This document shows, in pieces, positions 40,946 through 55,204 of a stretch of DNA of 64,000 nucleotides. Every line of letters begins with the position of its first letter. Position 1 is the first letter of the stretch. The notes under the pieces are model-generated. The model was not told where the DNA came from. It was given only the letters and a program-made list of their open reading frames with translations, and searched no databases. The translations under genes were made by a program, and so were the position numbers. Source of the DNA: Adineta vaga (taxonomy: Eukaryota > Animalia > Rotifera); the NCBI GenBank assembly GCA_021613535.1, contig CP075496.1, positions 2,914,001 to 2,978,000 of the forward strand. The letters are read 5' to 3'.

Positions 40946-42588
40946 AAATTCGTTGTTTTTCTCTTCTTGACCCGCGTGCAAAAACAGTGATGTTAACAGT
41001 TTTTGTTTTGAATAAAAAAAGGAAACTTGAATAATTATTTGACAAAACATAAAATCATCTAGTCATCTTCCATATATATATATATATCTATATCTTAGTT
41101 GATCATACGAAGGATTTTTGACAAGATTCTTTTTTTTTCTCTTTTATTTTTCTGAATAATCTTTCATTTGATTTGTATTTGATTTCTTTTGATCAGCAAT
41201 TGTCATTTTATTGTTACTCTTTTCTTGTAAATCAGATCATTTTTGTTCGAGAATAATCACGAGCATTCATTTGTTTGTATTTATTAATCGATGTCAATTT
41301 TTAAACAAAAAAACAATATTTGAGTGACAATAACAACTGGATGAAAGAAAAACGAATTCTTTTCTTATCTTCTTTTTAGCTAAAGATGAATGTCCTCGAA
41401 TTGGATTAAGTAATCATTGATAAGAAAAAGATTTGTATGTTGTTGTTTGATATATAGAGAAGAGAAAAAGAATGTGTTCGTATGTATAGATTCTATAGGT
41501 CATGCTTCTGTGACAGAGATTACCATATGTAAATAAAACACTTGTATATTCACTAGAGAAATCGAAGGAAAATACGTGTGAAGGACAAATTCTATTAAAG
41601 AAATGATAAATGATCGCGTTTAGTTATTCAAGTATAAGTAAATATCGAAAGAATTTTTATAAGATTATTCAAGTTCAATTCAGAGAATTATCAATTTGAT
41701 GTAACAAGATGAATGTATATCTTAATTAATGATTTTATGGCAAAGATTAGATTCAATGAATATTACATACCTGAGATTACTTAATAACTAGTGCAATTTC
41801 ACAAGAGACATACTAAAAAGCTTATTTGAAATAATAATGATGCTAATAAAGATCGTAATACAATACATTTTCTCTTTTCTACAAAGTATTTATGAAATCT
41901 AGTTTGAAAGATGAAGTTGACATGACATCATGACTTATTTCGATCTGTTTTTTTTTGAAGGAAACATACTGATTATTAATGAAGCGTATATCATCTTGCT
42001 CTATAATTGATATAACTTCCGGCCGAACATCCATTTTGATGTTTCCGGACGTCGGAAATGTAACAGTAAATAGTGCTAAAGTTGTGTACGTAGTAATCTA
42101 GTAGATGAATGATATCTTTATAGAACTACGTATATAGAATTTACGTGTACAAATAAGTTTAATTTTCTAAAGTTAGTTAGTTTTTCTCTAGATGGAGTAA
42201 GTCTCCATGTAAGAAAATCTACCCTATCGTTGGCGTTTCTTTTTCGAAAAGTGAAACACGAGTGGCTTATTCACATAACTTCTATTAATATTTTCATGTA
42301 CGCCTTGCAATACTTTATATATCCTTTAAAGCATATAGGCTACATTTGAAGGACAAGCTTTTTGTCATGTTATCTTCCTGCAATTATTTCTTTATCTAGT
42401 TTGAAAAGTATAAATTGATTAAAGACGTAAAACTCAGGTAATAAAACTACGGTTATTTAGTACTAACAGTTAATCAAACAACTCATTCTAGTATTTTGGT
42501 GTAAAGTAATCAACTAATAGAAAATAATTTGATTCACGGAAAAGGGTTTATTGTTTTCTAATCAAAACAAACCATTTTATGTTTTCAG

Positions 42589-44859
42589 ATGAAATTTTTT
42601 TCATCTTTTAAATTTGATCTAATTTCATGTCGTTTTTTCACAGCTTTTCAAATTCGAAAACTGGCGACTAATCACAAAACGATCTTATCTCAATATGAAG
42701 TTTGCAAAATAGGCATTTATTGCGTCTTTTTATTTCATTGGATTTTAGGAGGCAATCTCAACTTTAAACTCTTTACAGACTAATCAAACAGCATTAGCAT
42801 CCAATAAACGTGGTGGAAAATCGATGAATGATGTTTTCCGTTATCTATCATGTTTGAACATTCAGGTAATTGAATGAAATATATTGAGATATGAAGAAAT
42901 CGAATTTTGTGCTCATTATTTACGATACTTTTTATACATTAGATGAACATTTCTAAGTACAATTGTATGTTTGTTTTATTCTAGTTAGATCAAATTGATC
43001 AATTAAATATAATTCATGTAGCTGGTACGAAAGGAAAAGGTTCAACATGTGCATTTACAGAATCAATTTTACGACAATATGGTTATAAAACTGGTTTCTA
43101 TAGGTAAAAGAAATTATTCGAAAAAAAAGATTATTTGGAAAAGAATTCATTATTTAGTTCACCACATTTAATAGAAGTTCGTGAACGTATTCGAATTAAT
43201 GGAGAATTATTATCGAAAGAAAAATTTGTTGATTATTTTTGGCAATGTTATAATCCTATTCGAGATGCTGTACAACAATCAAATGATCAAGTAATAACAT
43301 TCATTCTTCTATATATAGATAAAAATCTTTGAGAAAAAGTCTTTACTTGCACAGTTTTTTCTTTGTTTTAGGATTCACTACCAATGCCATTTTATTTTTC
43401 TTTTCTAACAACAATGATGTTTTATGTTTTTGTACAGGAAAAGGTTTGAAACAAACTCCAACTTCCTATTTTTCTTATCGATAAAGTTGACCTTTCCTTT
43501 TTTTTAAAGCTTGATGTTGCCATAATCGAAGTAGGGATCGGTGGAGAACATGATTGTACAAATATTATCAAGTTTGTATTAATTCAAGAATAACATTTTG
43601 TATATATATATTATCTTCTTTACACGATAGAACTCCAGTTGTATGTGGAATAACATCATTAGGTTTAGATCATGTTTCCATATTGGGCAATACAATCGAT
43701 AAGATTGCTTGGCAAAAAGCTGGAATATTTAAAAAAGGTGTTCCAGCTGTCACAGTGCCTCAAGTCTCGGAAGCGATGCAAGTTGTCGTTGAGAGAGCTG
43801 AAGAAAAAGGAGTAAGAAAGAATTTTTTGTACATCTGACGATGATCTGTTCTCTTCTTAGTGTACATTAACAATAGCACCACGATTAGATGATTATCCAA
43901 ACTATCCATTTCATCTTGGACTTAATGGAGAAGTACAAGAAACGAATGCTGCATTAGCAATACAATTAGCATTTCATTGGTTAAATGCTCGAGGAGGTAA
44001 ATCAAATGTTCATATTTTTTCAAAAAATACCTTCTTTTTATTTCGTTCAGATCAATCGTATGAAAAACTTATGGCAGCACCATTGAGTACACAGGTTCTT
44101 CAAGGGTTAGCAACGTGTCGTTGGTCAGGTCGAAATGAAATTGTTGAAACAAATAGTGCAACTTACTATTTAGATGGTGCACAGTAAGTTCGATTGAATA
44201 TTTCGATTTGAACATGGGTTTTCTATTTATGATATTTAGCACGATTGAATCTATTGATCAGTGTAAAACTTGGTTTATGAATTGTACATTAAAACAAGAG
44301 ACAAGTACAAGAAATATTCTTTTATTCTATTGTTCCAATGATCGAAAACCAGAAATATTACTTCAACCTCTGATGGTAATATTCAAATTACTTTCTTTGA
44401 AATTCTATTTTTTGCAATAATACATATTTCTATACAGACATGTAAATTTGATTGTATTGCCTTTTGTTCACCGACAACATTTATATCAACAGTCTCGAAT
44501 GTTAGCGATCTTCAAACAGATTCTACTAAAACGAGTAATGGTATTGAATGTTTTGTTTTTCATTTTCTTATCTTACTGTAATATTCTATGATTTCTAAGA
44601 TCAATGGCGAGCAACAAAAACTATGAGTGATGAAATCGGTCGTCTTTCACTACATGTCGCTGCATTTGAAAAACTTTGGTTATCTACGATAGAAAATCAA
44701 ACAAATATGCCATCTATACATTGTTTCCATACTGTAACGCAAGCAATAGCATGGATCGATGAGAGTAAATTATCAAAACCATCGGTTCTTGTTACTGGCA
44801 GTCTTTATCTAGTTGGTGCTTTATTGAAATTACTTGAGGAAGCTCATGTTGAAATTTAA
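42589..44859 (+). CDS. FPGS: Folylpolyglutamate synthase with N-terminal mitochondrial-type leader
   Basis: [85 protein letters not shown]. Confidence 0.95.
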
Positions 44860-45666
44860 AATGAATTCGTGAATCTTTTTTTTCTTTTTGGAGTAAATCT
44901 TTTCCACATGAAAATAAGTGTGTATCGGAAAAGTTGACAAAACCGGTGCCAATAAAGTTTTCTTTTCCAATATAATACATAAATTATTTCATTTATATTT
45001 ATATTAATAAATCATAATACAACGATGAATTTATCAAATGATATTGACAAAGTGAATGAATGAATAGTAATCTCTTTGTCTATAGAGATCTATTGACAAT
45101 CGTATTAATTCAGTCTTTCTCTGTCATTTACTGTGCATTTTCGAAAATCATGGTCAGTCACTTTTAATTTAATGTTCAAAATTGATTTGAATAAATAGTA
45201 TTGAATGATATAGAGGTCGTATAATATCATCATTTTCAAATGTTGTATGATTGGTTATCTGACATAAAACATATGGTAACTACCAATAGAATAGATTTGT
45301 TCATGTCTTCTTTTCTTTTGAACAATCTGTTCAATTCTCTGAAATAATACCTTTTCTTTCTCTTCTTATTTTATTTGTCTTTCTCTTTCATTTGTTGAAC
45401 AGAAGAAAAGTAAGTTTTATCAAATGAGTTGGTACAGCCATTCGCATATGTATGCAGTTAAAATATTTGTTGTCTGTTTTCAATATTGATATTGATTGAA
45501 AAAAGATGTCAAAAGACATGTAAAAAACTGTGAGCATTGATTTCTATTGATTTTAGATACTGTAACAATTTAGTTTAATATAAACATTGTTTAGAACGGT
45601 AAAATGTAAGCTTGCACATTAATTCTATCAATAAGCTGAAAGCAAGTTCTTTCTTTTTAGTTTTCG

Positions 45667-48600
45667 ATGGAAACATTAGTTCCAACAGTACCAATCAAAC
45701 CAAATAAACGAGTTTGTGTCATATTTTTCGGAATAAAATGAAACTGTTTTGCTATTTTCTAGGGTTCTCGAGCCTCTCAAAGCAATGAACAAGCTACTCG
45801 ATCACCAGCTAAACCTGCAACATTACTTCCTAGACCATCAACTGGTAAACCAGCTACTATATTACCACAACCAATACAAAAACCTGTGATGATCAATAGT
45901 CCAATGAGTAATTAACATGTGTAGATTGATATCTGTTGATGTTTATTCTATTCTTATGTTTAGCACCACTTGTTCCAAAACCGATTGCATCAAGTATTTC
46001 AATGATTCTTTGCTAATAAAAAAAACCAATACTATTTTCGTACTTTTTTTCTTTTCATTCAGATGGTCAAATTGTGAAGCCACCGAGTGCTACTCCAACT
46101 CCAGGATTCACTACGTATCTGGTCGTTGATGGTAATCAAGGTCAAGTAAGTGAAACTTGATTATTTTATTTTTATTATGAAGAAAAAAAACCCGTTCCTA
46201 TAGCTTGTTCAAGTAGCAAATGATGGTACAAAACCAGTAACATTTCGAAATCAAGCTGGTCAAGTTCTTCAAGCAACACCTATAACTGTTGTTTCATCAA
46301 ATAATCAACCTACAATTCCAACAACGATAGATCCTTCGATACGTGAGTTCTTTTCTTCCCACTAACAAATATCTCCTTCCTTTCTTCATTCATAAAAAGA
46401 GGAAGTAAAGAATCGAACAAAGCATCCACTTATACCTTTGCTTTTCTTTTAGTATCTAATTCTTCACAAATAAATTCATTTCCATCACAACATACTGCTG
46501 TTACTTCATTTACAAACCCACAGGTAACAATACCAGTAAAAAATATTTGATTATCTGATGTACGAACATCATTAATTAAATAGCCACTACAAAATCTTTC
46601 ACAAACTACTACTACTACTACCATTCGAACAAATCCACCATTCGAGATGCAGCACAGTAATTCTTTCAGATTGCATAATGAATATTTCAAAAAGTTCTTG
46701 TTTAATAGCTGTATTAACAAATGATTCAATACCAAAATTAACTGGTAGTACACAAGTATCTGCTACATCATCTTTACTTAATAGTAAATCAATGAAAAAG
46801 ATTTATGCTTATTTTTCATCAATAAATGAATCTTTTAGATTGTAATAATTCAACTCATCCATTGTCACTTCTTCAATCAGATACGATTATTCCAACATCA
46901 ATACTTAATGGAAATACTTTATCAGCACATGAACGAGATATATCACCAGGACACAATGATAATGATTCATCATTAGACGATACATCTGGTTAGTTATTAA
47001 ACTAGCTAGAGATTAAACTGAACTTGATTCATTTTTTTTATAGCTTTAGAGTGTTCAACAACACAAGATCCAAATCTTTCTCTTTCACTTTCTCAAATTG
47101 TACGAAAAACAAATCATCGACATCGGCGATCTAGCAAGTAAGTTAGTCATATTAAAACTATCTTCCTTTATCTCTATTTCCTCCTATCTTAGTTCGAGTG
47201 CATCGAAAAAGAAACGTGGACGACCAAGGTAAAACAAATTGATCGTTTTTGTTCAGCTACATGATACTTTATTTTTAGATTATATGAACGTGATCCATTT
47301 ACAAATAAACCAATAAAATGTCGTTCTACATTTGAATCTACTGAAGTAACATTACCGAATGTTATAACAACACCAACAAATGGAACTACAACATTACTTA
47401 TGCCAGGACAAATGACTACATTAAACAATTTACATCCATATACAAATGGTTGTAATTCATTGATTTTTCCAACTCAACCACTCAGTCATACGGTAAAACT
47501 CATTCGAAATACTCAAAATAGAAAGAACTAATTGTAGGATCTATGTTTAATATTGCTGGAGTAAAATAATTGAGAAAAAGCATCGATGAAACAACAAATA
47601 TTATAATGTATCTATTTCCATTGTATATTCTAGACTACAATACCTGTTAATAATCCTTCTTTATTACAACAACAACCATATTCTTATCCATCTTTACTCA
47701 ATAGTGGTAATGCATCGTCGACAAACATGCTTACTGTTCCAACTTTAAATATTCTCTCCAGTGACACGACAAATACTTCATCACCATCTTCATATCCGTA
47801 TCCATCATCATCTACAACGATTCATCCTTCTTCGTTCCCACTATCGTCATCATCATCATCATCATCAGCAGCAACGACAACAACAACAATGACGACTGCT
47901 CTTTCACGTCCATTTATTCCTTCGGTACCACAGACTGTTGAAAACCAAGTGACTATTCCATTGAAAAACTTGCAAATATCTTCAACATCATCTCCAATAA
48001 CAAGTTCTCCTCGTTCATCCATCAATCTCCCATCAACAACAGTACCGAATGTTGTTCCATTGAATCCTTCTCCAATAAAACCTCTTCATCAAGCACAAAC
48101 AAATGATATTGTTGTACACTATATCGGTGGTTTTGTTATTCGTGAAAGTAGTCATCCATTTCCAGCTGAAGATTCAAATGATATTTCGAAAGATTCAAAT
48201 CATTCAAATGGAAGAGAAAAAGAAAATCATAGTTTCAATGACAATAATAGTGATCTTGGCTCAGATCAATTACGTTGTATTTCATGTAAAAAAGTCGATT
48301 TTTCAGAACGATTTCATAATCAAGAGAAAAAATTTTGCTCTAAATCTTGTTCTATGAAACCATCATCCAAAGGAACAAAAGCGTCCAATGGAAAGAAATC
48401 TCAACAAGAAAAAATTCCATTCATCAATGAACCAACGCAAACTATTGAACAAACTATTCCACAAGTACATCATGATCAACCGAAAACATCATTAGCACAT
48501 GATTACGGTTTGCCGACGGATCCAAGCACATGGACAGTTTCTCAAGTTGGAGAATTTATTGGAAGATTAACAAATGAAACAATTCGAGAAGTTTTTTGTG

Positions 48601-48740
48601 AAAGTGAAATGGATGGTCAAGCTCTATTATTAATGACACAGGAACATTTACGTGAGACCATGAAGATTAAATTAGGTCCTTCATTGATCATATCAAGTGA
48701 AATAGCAAAATTACGTGAACGTGCACGAGCATTTTCTTAA
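45667..48740 (+). CDS. ph: Polyhomeotic-like Polycomb group protein (HD1, FCS zinc finger, SAM)
   Basis: HD1 VVHYIGGFVIRESSHPFP; FCS CISC...KKFCSKSC; SAM DPSTWTVSQVGEFI...MDGQALLLM...MKIKLGPSL. S/T/P/Q-rich N-terminus spread over many small exons. Confidence 0.88.
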
Positions 48741-49029
48741 CTGTTCATCTGCATATATCATTTTTGTATAGAGATTATTATTATTACTCCTGTTGTTTTT
48801 TATGTACAAATATATGAACACATTCGTTAGAAAAACAAATACGTTTTCTGATTCACGAAAGCTAATCGTATAAAACGAAAAATAGTTACTATACTATGAC
48901 AGTTTTATTTCTTTTTCTAACAACAACGCTGGCAAGATTATATCTTTTAAATAAAAAAATCAGGAAATATACAACAAGAAAAATAAAATGCTTGAATAAA
49001 GAATTTCGTTTTTTCGCTTCTGTACTGTC

Positions 49030-51086
49030 TTATTTTGATGTAGTAGATCCTGGTAGAATGACTTCACAATGACTATCTGTTAAATGATGTTTTGTTGGTC
49101 CATTGATAACCTTAAAGAACATTTTCAATAGTTATTTTATCAAGACAAAACTTTTAAAAACTTTACTTTGCCATATCGATCAAAACGTGAACCATGAAAT
49201 GGACAATCAAACGTTTTTTCCAATGGATTATAACGAACAAGTGCTTTCAGATGTGGACATACTGCTGAAAATTTATAAACAGTACCATCTGTATCTTTGT
49301 ACACAGCTAATTTATGTAAACCTTCGCGATGGATACAGCCCTAAAAAACATGATTTCAATCGATAATATCGTTCGTTTCATTGAACTTACTTCTCCAGGT
49401 TGTAAATCTTCAATATCTGCTGGACAACTACTACCAGTAACATAGTCAAAAAGAGATGCACCAGCTTCAATATTATGTTTAATATATCCAAATGGATTTT
49501 TTGTCATTTGTCGACTAGGATCATAGATTTTCTTATATGGATTATCATATCCAAATAGAAGATCTCGACAAAGTAATGCACCAATTGTTCCATTAGTTAT
49601 ACCAGTTCCTGAATCACCAGTTATAATAAAAATATTCTTATTTCCGGGATTAAGACCAAGAAATGGTAATGTATCAATCGGTTCAACAACTTGACCAGAC
49701 CAACGGTAACGTAATTTACCTACTATAGGAAATTTATCTCGTGCTAATTTTTCTAAATTACTATATATTTCATCATATGAAGTTAATTCATGACCAACCT
49801 GTAGAAAATAGTTTCTATATATGAAAAGTAACGAGATAAAACAAGAATTCATACGAGATTATCTTTGCCACCAACAATTAAAAGTTCTTTCGATGAATTT
49901 GGTTTATCATCGGATGTTAAACGATGATAATTATAGGGTTCTTCTGTATCCCAATAGAGTGCTCGTTCAATAGCACCTTTATCAACTTCAAAAGCCTAGT
50001 ATTCAACGAATAAACAGTAAAAACTTCTTTTTTTTTATTGAAAAATATGAAGAAATTACCATAGCATATGTTCGATATTCAGCCATTTTTGTATACATTG
50101 TTACACGATCATTAATTGGTACGTATCTAATTTTTAATATTAATAATTCAAACAATTTCACAACTTATAAACTACTTACGTTGCTAAAACCATTCGTTTA
50201 CAATCAACTCGTTTATTATCCGATGTTGTTACATAAACTTCTCCAGTTCCATCTTCTTTGTTATCGTCTTGAATATCCAAAACATGAGTATTAGTAAAAA
50301 TTTCAACATTTTTATATTTTTTTGTTAAAATTTGTGTTAATGCATATAAATATTTCAATGGATGGAATTGACCTTGATTAGGAAAACGAAGCCAATGTGA
50401 TCGAGGATAATCTGTTGGATATTTTGGAAGTTTATCTTCAGTATCAAGTAATTCCACAGTCATTCCAGCTTTAGATGATGCTTTAAATTCTTTTTCAATC
50501 ACACTTTCAATGTGACTTTCTTTTACAGGAATTAAATAACCAGGTAAACGTTCAAATTCACAATCGATCTTTTCTTTTTTAATAATACTTTCAATAAAAT
50601 CAACAGCTTGATGATTTGATTGACATACTAAGCGAGCAATTTCATCACCAAACATATGAGCAATTGCATAATAATGATCATCACATTCAATTTGTAAATG
50701 AGCAGTTGTTCGACCAGTTTCACCTGAACAGATCTCACCGTCATCAATTAAGATGACTTTCTTTGATGGATCATGTTCAGCAATACAATAGGCAGTTGTT
50801 ATACCAGCTAAATAAAATAAATTAGTTAAATCATGATAAAATTCAGAAGATATTCTTATTTACCAATTCCAGCGCCAACAACAAGAAAATCACATGCTTT
50901 ATTGTCAGTTAATTTTGGAAATTTAGGTCGTTCAATCGAATCAAGCCAATACGAAAGTGTACATCCAGATGAATATGATCCATCTTTATCATCGATACGT
51001 GGTACAGAACCATTACCACTCTCTAAAATAATCATTATTTTGTCCTATTAAATTGGATTAAATATCGAATATTTACGAGTAGCCAT
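49030..51086 (-). CDS. yhfW: YhfW-like FAD-dependent oxidoreductase with C-terminal Rieske 2Fe-2S domain, 8 exons
   Basis: FLVVGAGIAG, GETGRTTAHL, QGQFHPLKYL, YRWSGQV.EPID.LPFLG, TGDSGTGITNGT, SAVCPHL...FDCPFHGSRFD. Confidence 0.9.
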
Positions 51087-52293
51087 GTGTCGTTTCGACG
51101 TAAAAAATGTAGTTGAGTAAAATCTTGAAGAAGAAAAAAGTCCTAAACGTTGTGTAATCGTCACGAAGCGAACCCAATGCATGCTCTGCTATAAAAGGTT
51201 GTTGAGTACAGAATGAAGGAGAACTGATCTGTCGAATGTTAGCTATTGGCGACAAAGGTCAAAGTCGACGATAAGTCGATCAGAATTAGACGAAAAAAAA
51301 GAATCGAGAAGAATTTTTAGTTGTAAAAGTTATACAAAATAGAATTAACTATTTTAATAACGGAAAATTGGTATCTGTTACGTAATCATAGTAACTTTAT
51401 GATAGATGAAGTGAAAACTATTTTCTACTCTAATACAAGGTTACAGATGACAAAAACAAGTGCATTTTTTAAAAATGTTTTCGGTGTATATATATACGAT
51501 GGTTCAAATCTATTGATAATTTTTAACATATTCTGAACTTTTGAGAGAAAATAATGAGAATGTATTCGTTACAATGAATGCATCAGGAAAACTATAGTCT
51601 AAATATCAGAAATTGAAAAGATGTCGCTGTTAGATACTCAAATTACGAAATAATTACTTTTTCTTAGTAGTGTCAAAGTTGAAACTTGAATTCAGTTAAA
51701 ACTTTTCAATTCAAATTTCAAATGAAATTATCTAACCCCTCCGCACCCTCATTTGGCTCCTACTCGTCTACATCCGCCATGATCCGAAATAGGCAATGTG
51801 AAATCTCAATTGAAATTTTGTTTTTTGATTAAATATAAATTTCAAGCATGACATGTATGATTTTACCGATCAACTCAATATGCAAACAAAGCTGTAAGCT
51901 ATTTTCATCGGTCATTTCGAAATCGTTTAATTATTTTTCTATTATTCCACTCATTTTTTTTCAATATTTGTAACTCCAACAAAGTTCCATAATAAAATAA
52001 TAAATAAATACAATTACATTTGATATATACTAATGATAATAATATAAAGACCATGAATCTAGTCTTACCAGGCAAGATCCTCGACTAATGTATGTCACTT
52101 CTTTTCGAGAATATCTGAATGAATACATAAAAGGCGACTTTTGAAGTGTCTCCCGAAGTTGACAATTATTGTAAGTATTTCGTATTTGACGGTCATCTTA
52201 TCATGGATATATATTCGACACATTTTTATTCACAAATATCATTTTTTAATTTATTAGGATACTTTTTTTTCTCAATCAAGACAAATCTAGTGA

Positions 52294-54411
52294 TTAATTA
52301 TTATTTTTAAGTGCAAATATAAGTAAGTGAATGGGCATGCTCAATCGAACACTTTGTCGAGCAACACTATTGGATGATTTATCTAATAATAATAATCCAC
52401 AAGCAGATAATTGCGCACATATACGACGAACATCTGTAAAACTATATTCTTTCTTATCTAAAAACGAAAAAACTCGTTCAATTCGATTAAAAAAAAACAA
52501 TCTTTTCGTTTACCAAGTCGATCATAGATAGCATTAATCGTGGTTATTTCTCGTCCTTTTCCATAGGATAATTCATCTTGAATTGCTTCAAGAACTTTGC
52601 GTTGAGTTGCAATTAAATTTCTTGTCAAAAATAACATTTCATTTTTTTAACATTCTCTAATAGAAAAGTCTTACCGAATGAATATCGTTCGTGTCGATGT
52701 ATATAATCGTTCGAATGTTCGTTGTACATGTTCAAGTGTAACTTTATTTGATAATTTATCTAATTGTGCCATATCTAATGTTTGTGAACATATTTGTAAT
52801 ACACGTCGAACATCACCAGATATTGATGAAACTTTTCGACAAATTAAATCTAACGCATCTTTATCGAATAATGATGATAAGGTTGGACCTAATCGAGCTT
52901 GAACAATTTCATTCAATTGTTTAAATGTATATGGATGAAAGATGACACGATTTAAACCCTAAAAATGAAAAATATTATTGCCAAAAATTGTTCTTAAATC
53001 TTATAAATATTTGATAAAACTTACTAAACGTGATTGAAGTTTTTTCTTAAACATTGTCTCAGGTAAATCTAATGTGTTAGCAATAGCAATAACAATTAAT
53101 TTTGAATAAGATTGTTGAGGCCATTCTAACATATTATAGAGAATGGTTTGATTTTTTGTATACAAATAATCAACCTACGATTGAATTAAGATTAAAATTT
53201 AAATGTATTCAATTACTTACTTCATCCAATAATAATACAATAGGTTGTTTCTTTTTATTTGAACGATCTGTAAAATATTTTGAAAGAAGTTTACATGCCA
53301 TTTTTGCACTTCGTTTACGTTGAAGTTCATCAGCGTCAATAGCCTTTGAATAAAAATATAGATTGATTAGATATTTTAACAAATGAAAGTCATTTACTTG
53401 AAGAAGTTGATTGTAGATTTTTTCTGGTTTATTTAATTTCATTCCATTAAGAAATACATATTTAAATTGTGGAAGATCAGAATCAGTTGAAAGTAACATT
53501 AATTCACGTACTACTTTATTTACAATTGCTGTTTTTCCAACACCAGGAACACCACTGATATATAAAGCTCTAGCAAATCAAACAGGAATTACAAAAAGAT
53601 AATATACTAAAGACTCTTTTATAGATTGAAAATCTTACCCTCCAGCTTGTGCGTCAAGTTTATTTGTAATAAATGCTGAAATAGCAGTCGATTCTTGTTC
53701 ACGACATGGTGGAGCTTCGGGAAGATTGGTTGGTAAAAGTCTAGTTAAATATTAATGAGATTCTATGGATAAAAACGAAAAAAATGATATTAACCTTCGT
53801 CGAGCTTGTGCAAAAACATCATTGGAAATATCAAACGATGTTGAACTGTCTTCATCCGTTTGTAAATCAGATAATGTCATTGTATTCATCTAAGATTGAT
53901 TGGAGAAAATGATAGAAAATTGAATAGTAAAAAAAAGATAATTTACTCGTGGTAAAAATGATGGTTTGCTTTTCTTCATACTAGGTGTTCCTTTTAGAGT
54001 GACATTTGTTTTTCGATTATTGGTAATAGTTGATACCACTTTTTCTTCATCACTCGATGAACTTTCATCATCATCATCGTCATCGTCGTCATCATCATCA
54101 TCATCTTCATCATCGTCATCTTCACTGGAAGAATATTTTACTGGTTCATAATCATCTTTGTCTTTTTCGAAACTGATCTGACGTGACGCTCGGGTTAAAG
54201 GTCTTGGTGTATGATTTGGTTCTTTCTTTATAGCTGGTGATGATAAAGAAACAACAGGTGTTGATGGTGTTCGAACGCGTAAATTATATTTTAAATTTTG
54301 AATGGAATCTTTTCGTGCTCGTGGTGTTGACCATTGACCCGTAGTTGAATCACGAACGATTTTTATTGGGGTTAATACAATTCGAACACTATCACATGCA
54401 TTGGTAGTCAT
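52294..54411 (-). CDS. ORC1: Origin recognition complex subunit 1 (AAA+ and winged helix)
   Basis: PCREQE, LYISGVPGVGKTA, LNGMKL, VLLLDEVDYL, IAIANTLDLPE, FHPYTFKQL, RKVSSISGDVRRVL. Confidence 0.88.
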
Positions 54412-55204
54412 GATTTTTGATTTTATGGAAAAGAAGATTTTCTCGACGATGGATGAAATGTTCTTTGTATCTATAAATATGAATCATCATTGTTTGAAAT
54501 GACCCAATCGTTTCGATAATATGAAGAAGAGGTCACACCTTATTTCATTTTCATTTCTTAATTAAATGTAAACTGTGATGATTATGCTTTAATTTGAATG
54601 AATATCGTATGTAAATAAAATCGCTATAACTGATCATTTTATTGTATTTACTTAATGAACGTGTTTCAGTTATATACTATTTGCACATTTTCTCAAGCTG
54701 CCACTCATACAAATAGCATTCATTCTATTCACTTCGCATAGTAAATCACTCTTCCATGTAAATATTACATGAATAATGAAACAATGGTTTCTTTTTACTT
54801 TCTAAACACAGTTTGAACAAAAAGAAAGAAAAACATTTCATTTTTGACTTAAAAATTTTGAAACTACATTGATATTCACGCTTTGAAATTTTATGAAATA
54901 ATTAAAATCAAGTTGTTAAGAAGAAAAGTTAGGCGCGACTTTCATTCAACGAATATTTTACAGCTGAAATAGCATATGATGCTCCATAATTAATGCCGAA
55001 ATATTTATTTTTTCTAAACAATCTATGCTCTTCGTGTAAAGAACATTCGAAGTATGCTTATATGGCATCGCATTCCGTAGTCGAGTGAAGCTCGAATACT
55101 ATCTAGTTGTTTATAAGTTTCAAACAATTGAAACGAACTAGCGCTATGATTTAATTACTTCTGATCAGATGTGAAATAGTTACTTGAGAAAACGATTATT
55201 TCAT

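Noticed and set aside
42264-42281. ggcttattcacataactt resembling the start of the bdelloid spliced-leader exon as I recall it
   Set aside because: Only about 8 nt match, with no following donor or Sm site; not an SL RNA gene.
42436-42588. Acceptor directly before the FPGS ATG as a trans-splice site
   Set aside because: A good cis donor (cag-gtaata near 42438) lies upstream, so an ordinary 5' UTR intron explains it.
51700-51830. C-rich patch (cccctccgcaccctc) as a second copy of the 14.5 kb element
   Set aside because: Similarity is too weak to align by eye and no boundaries are evident.
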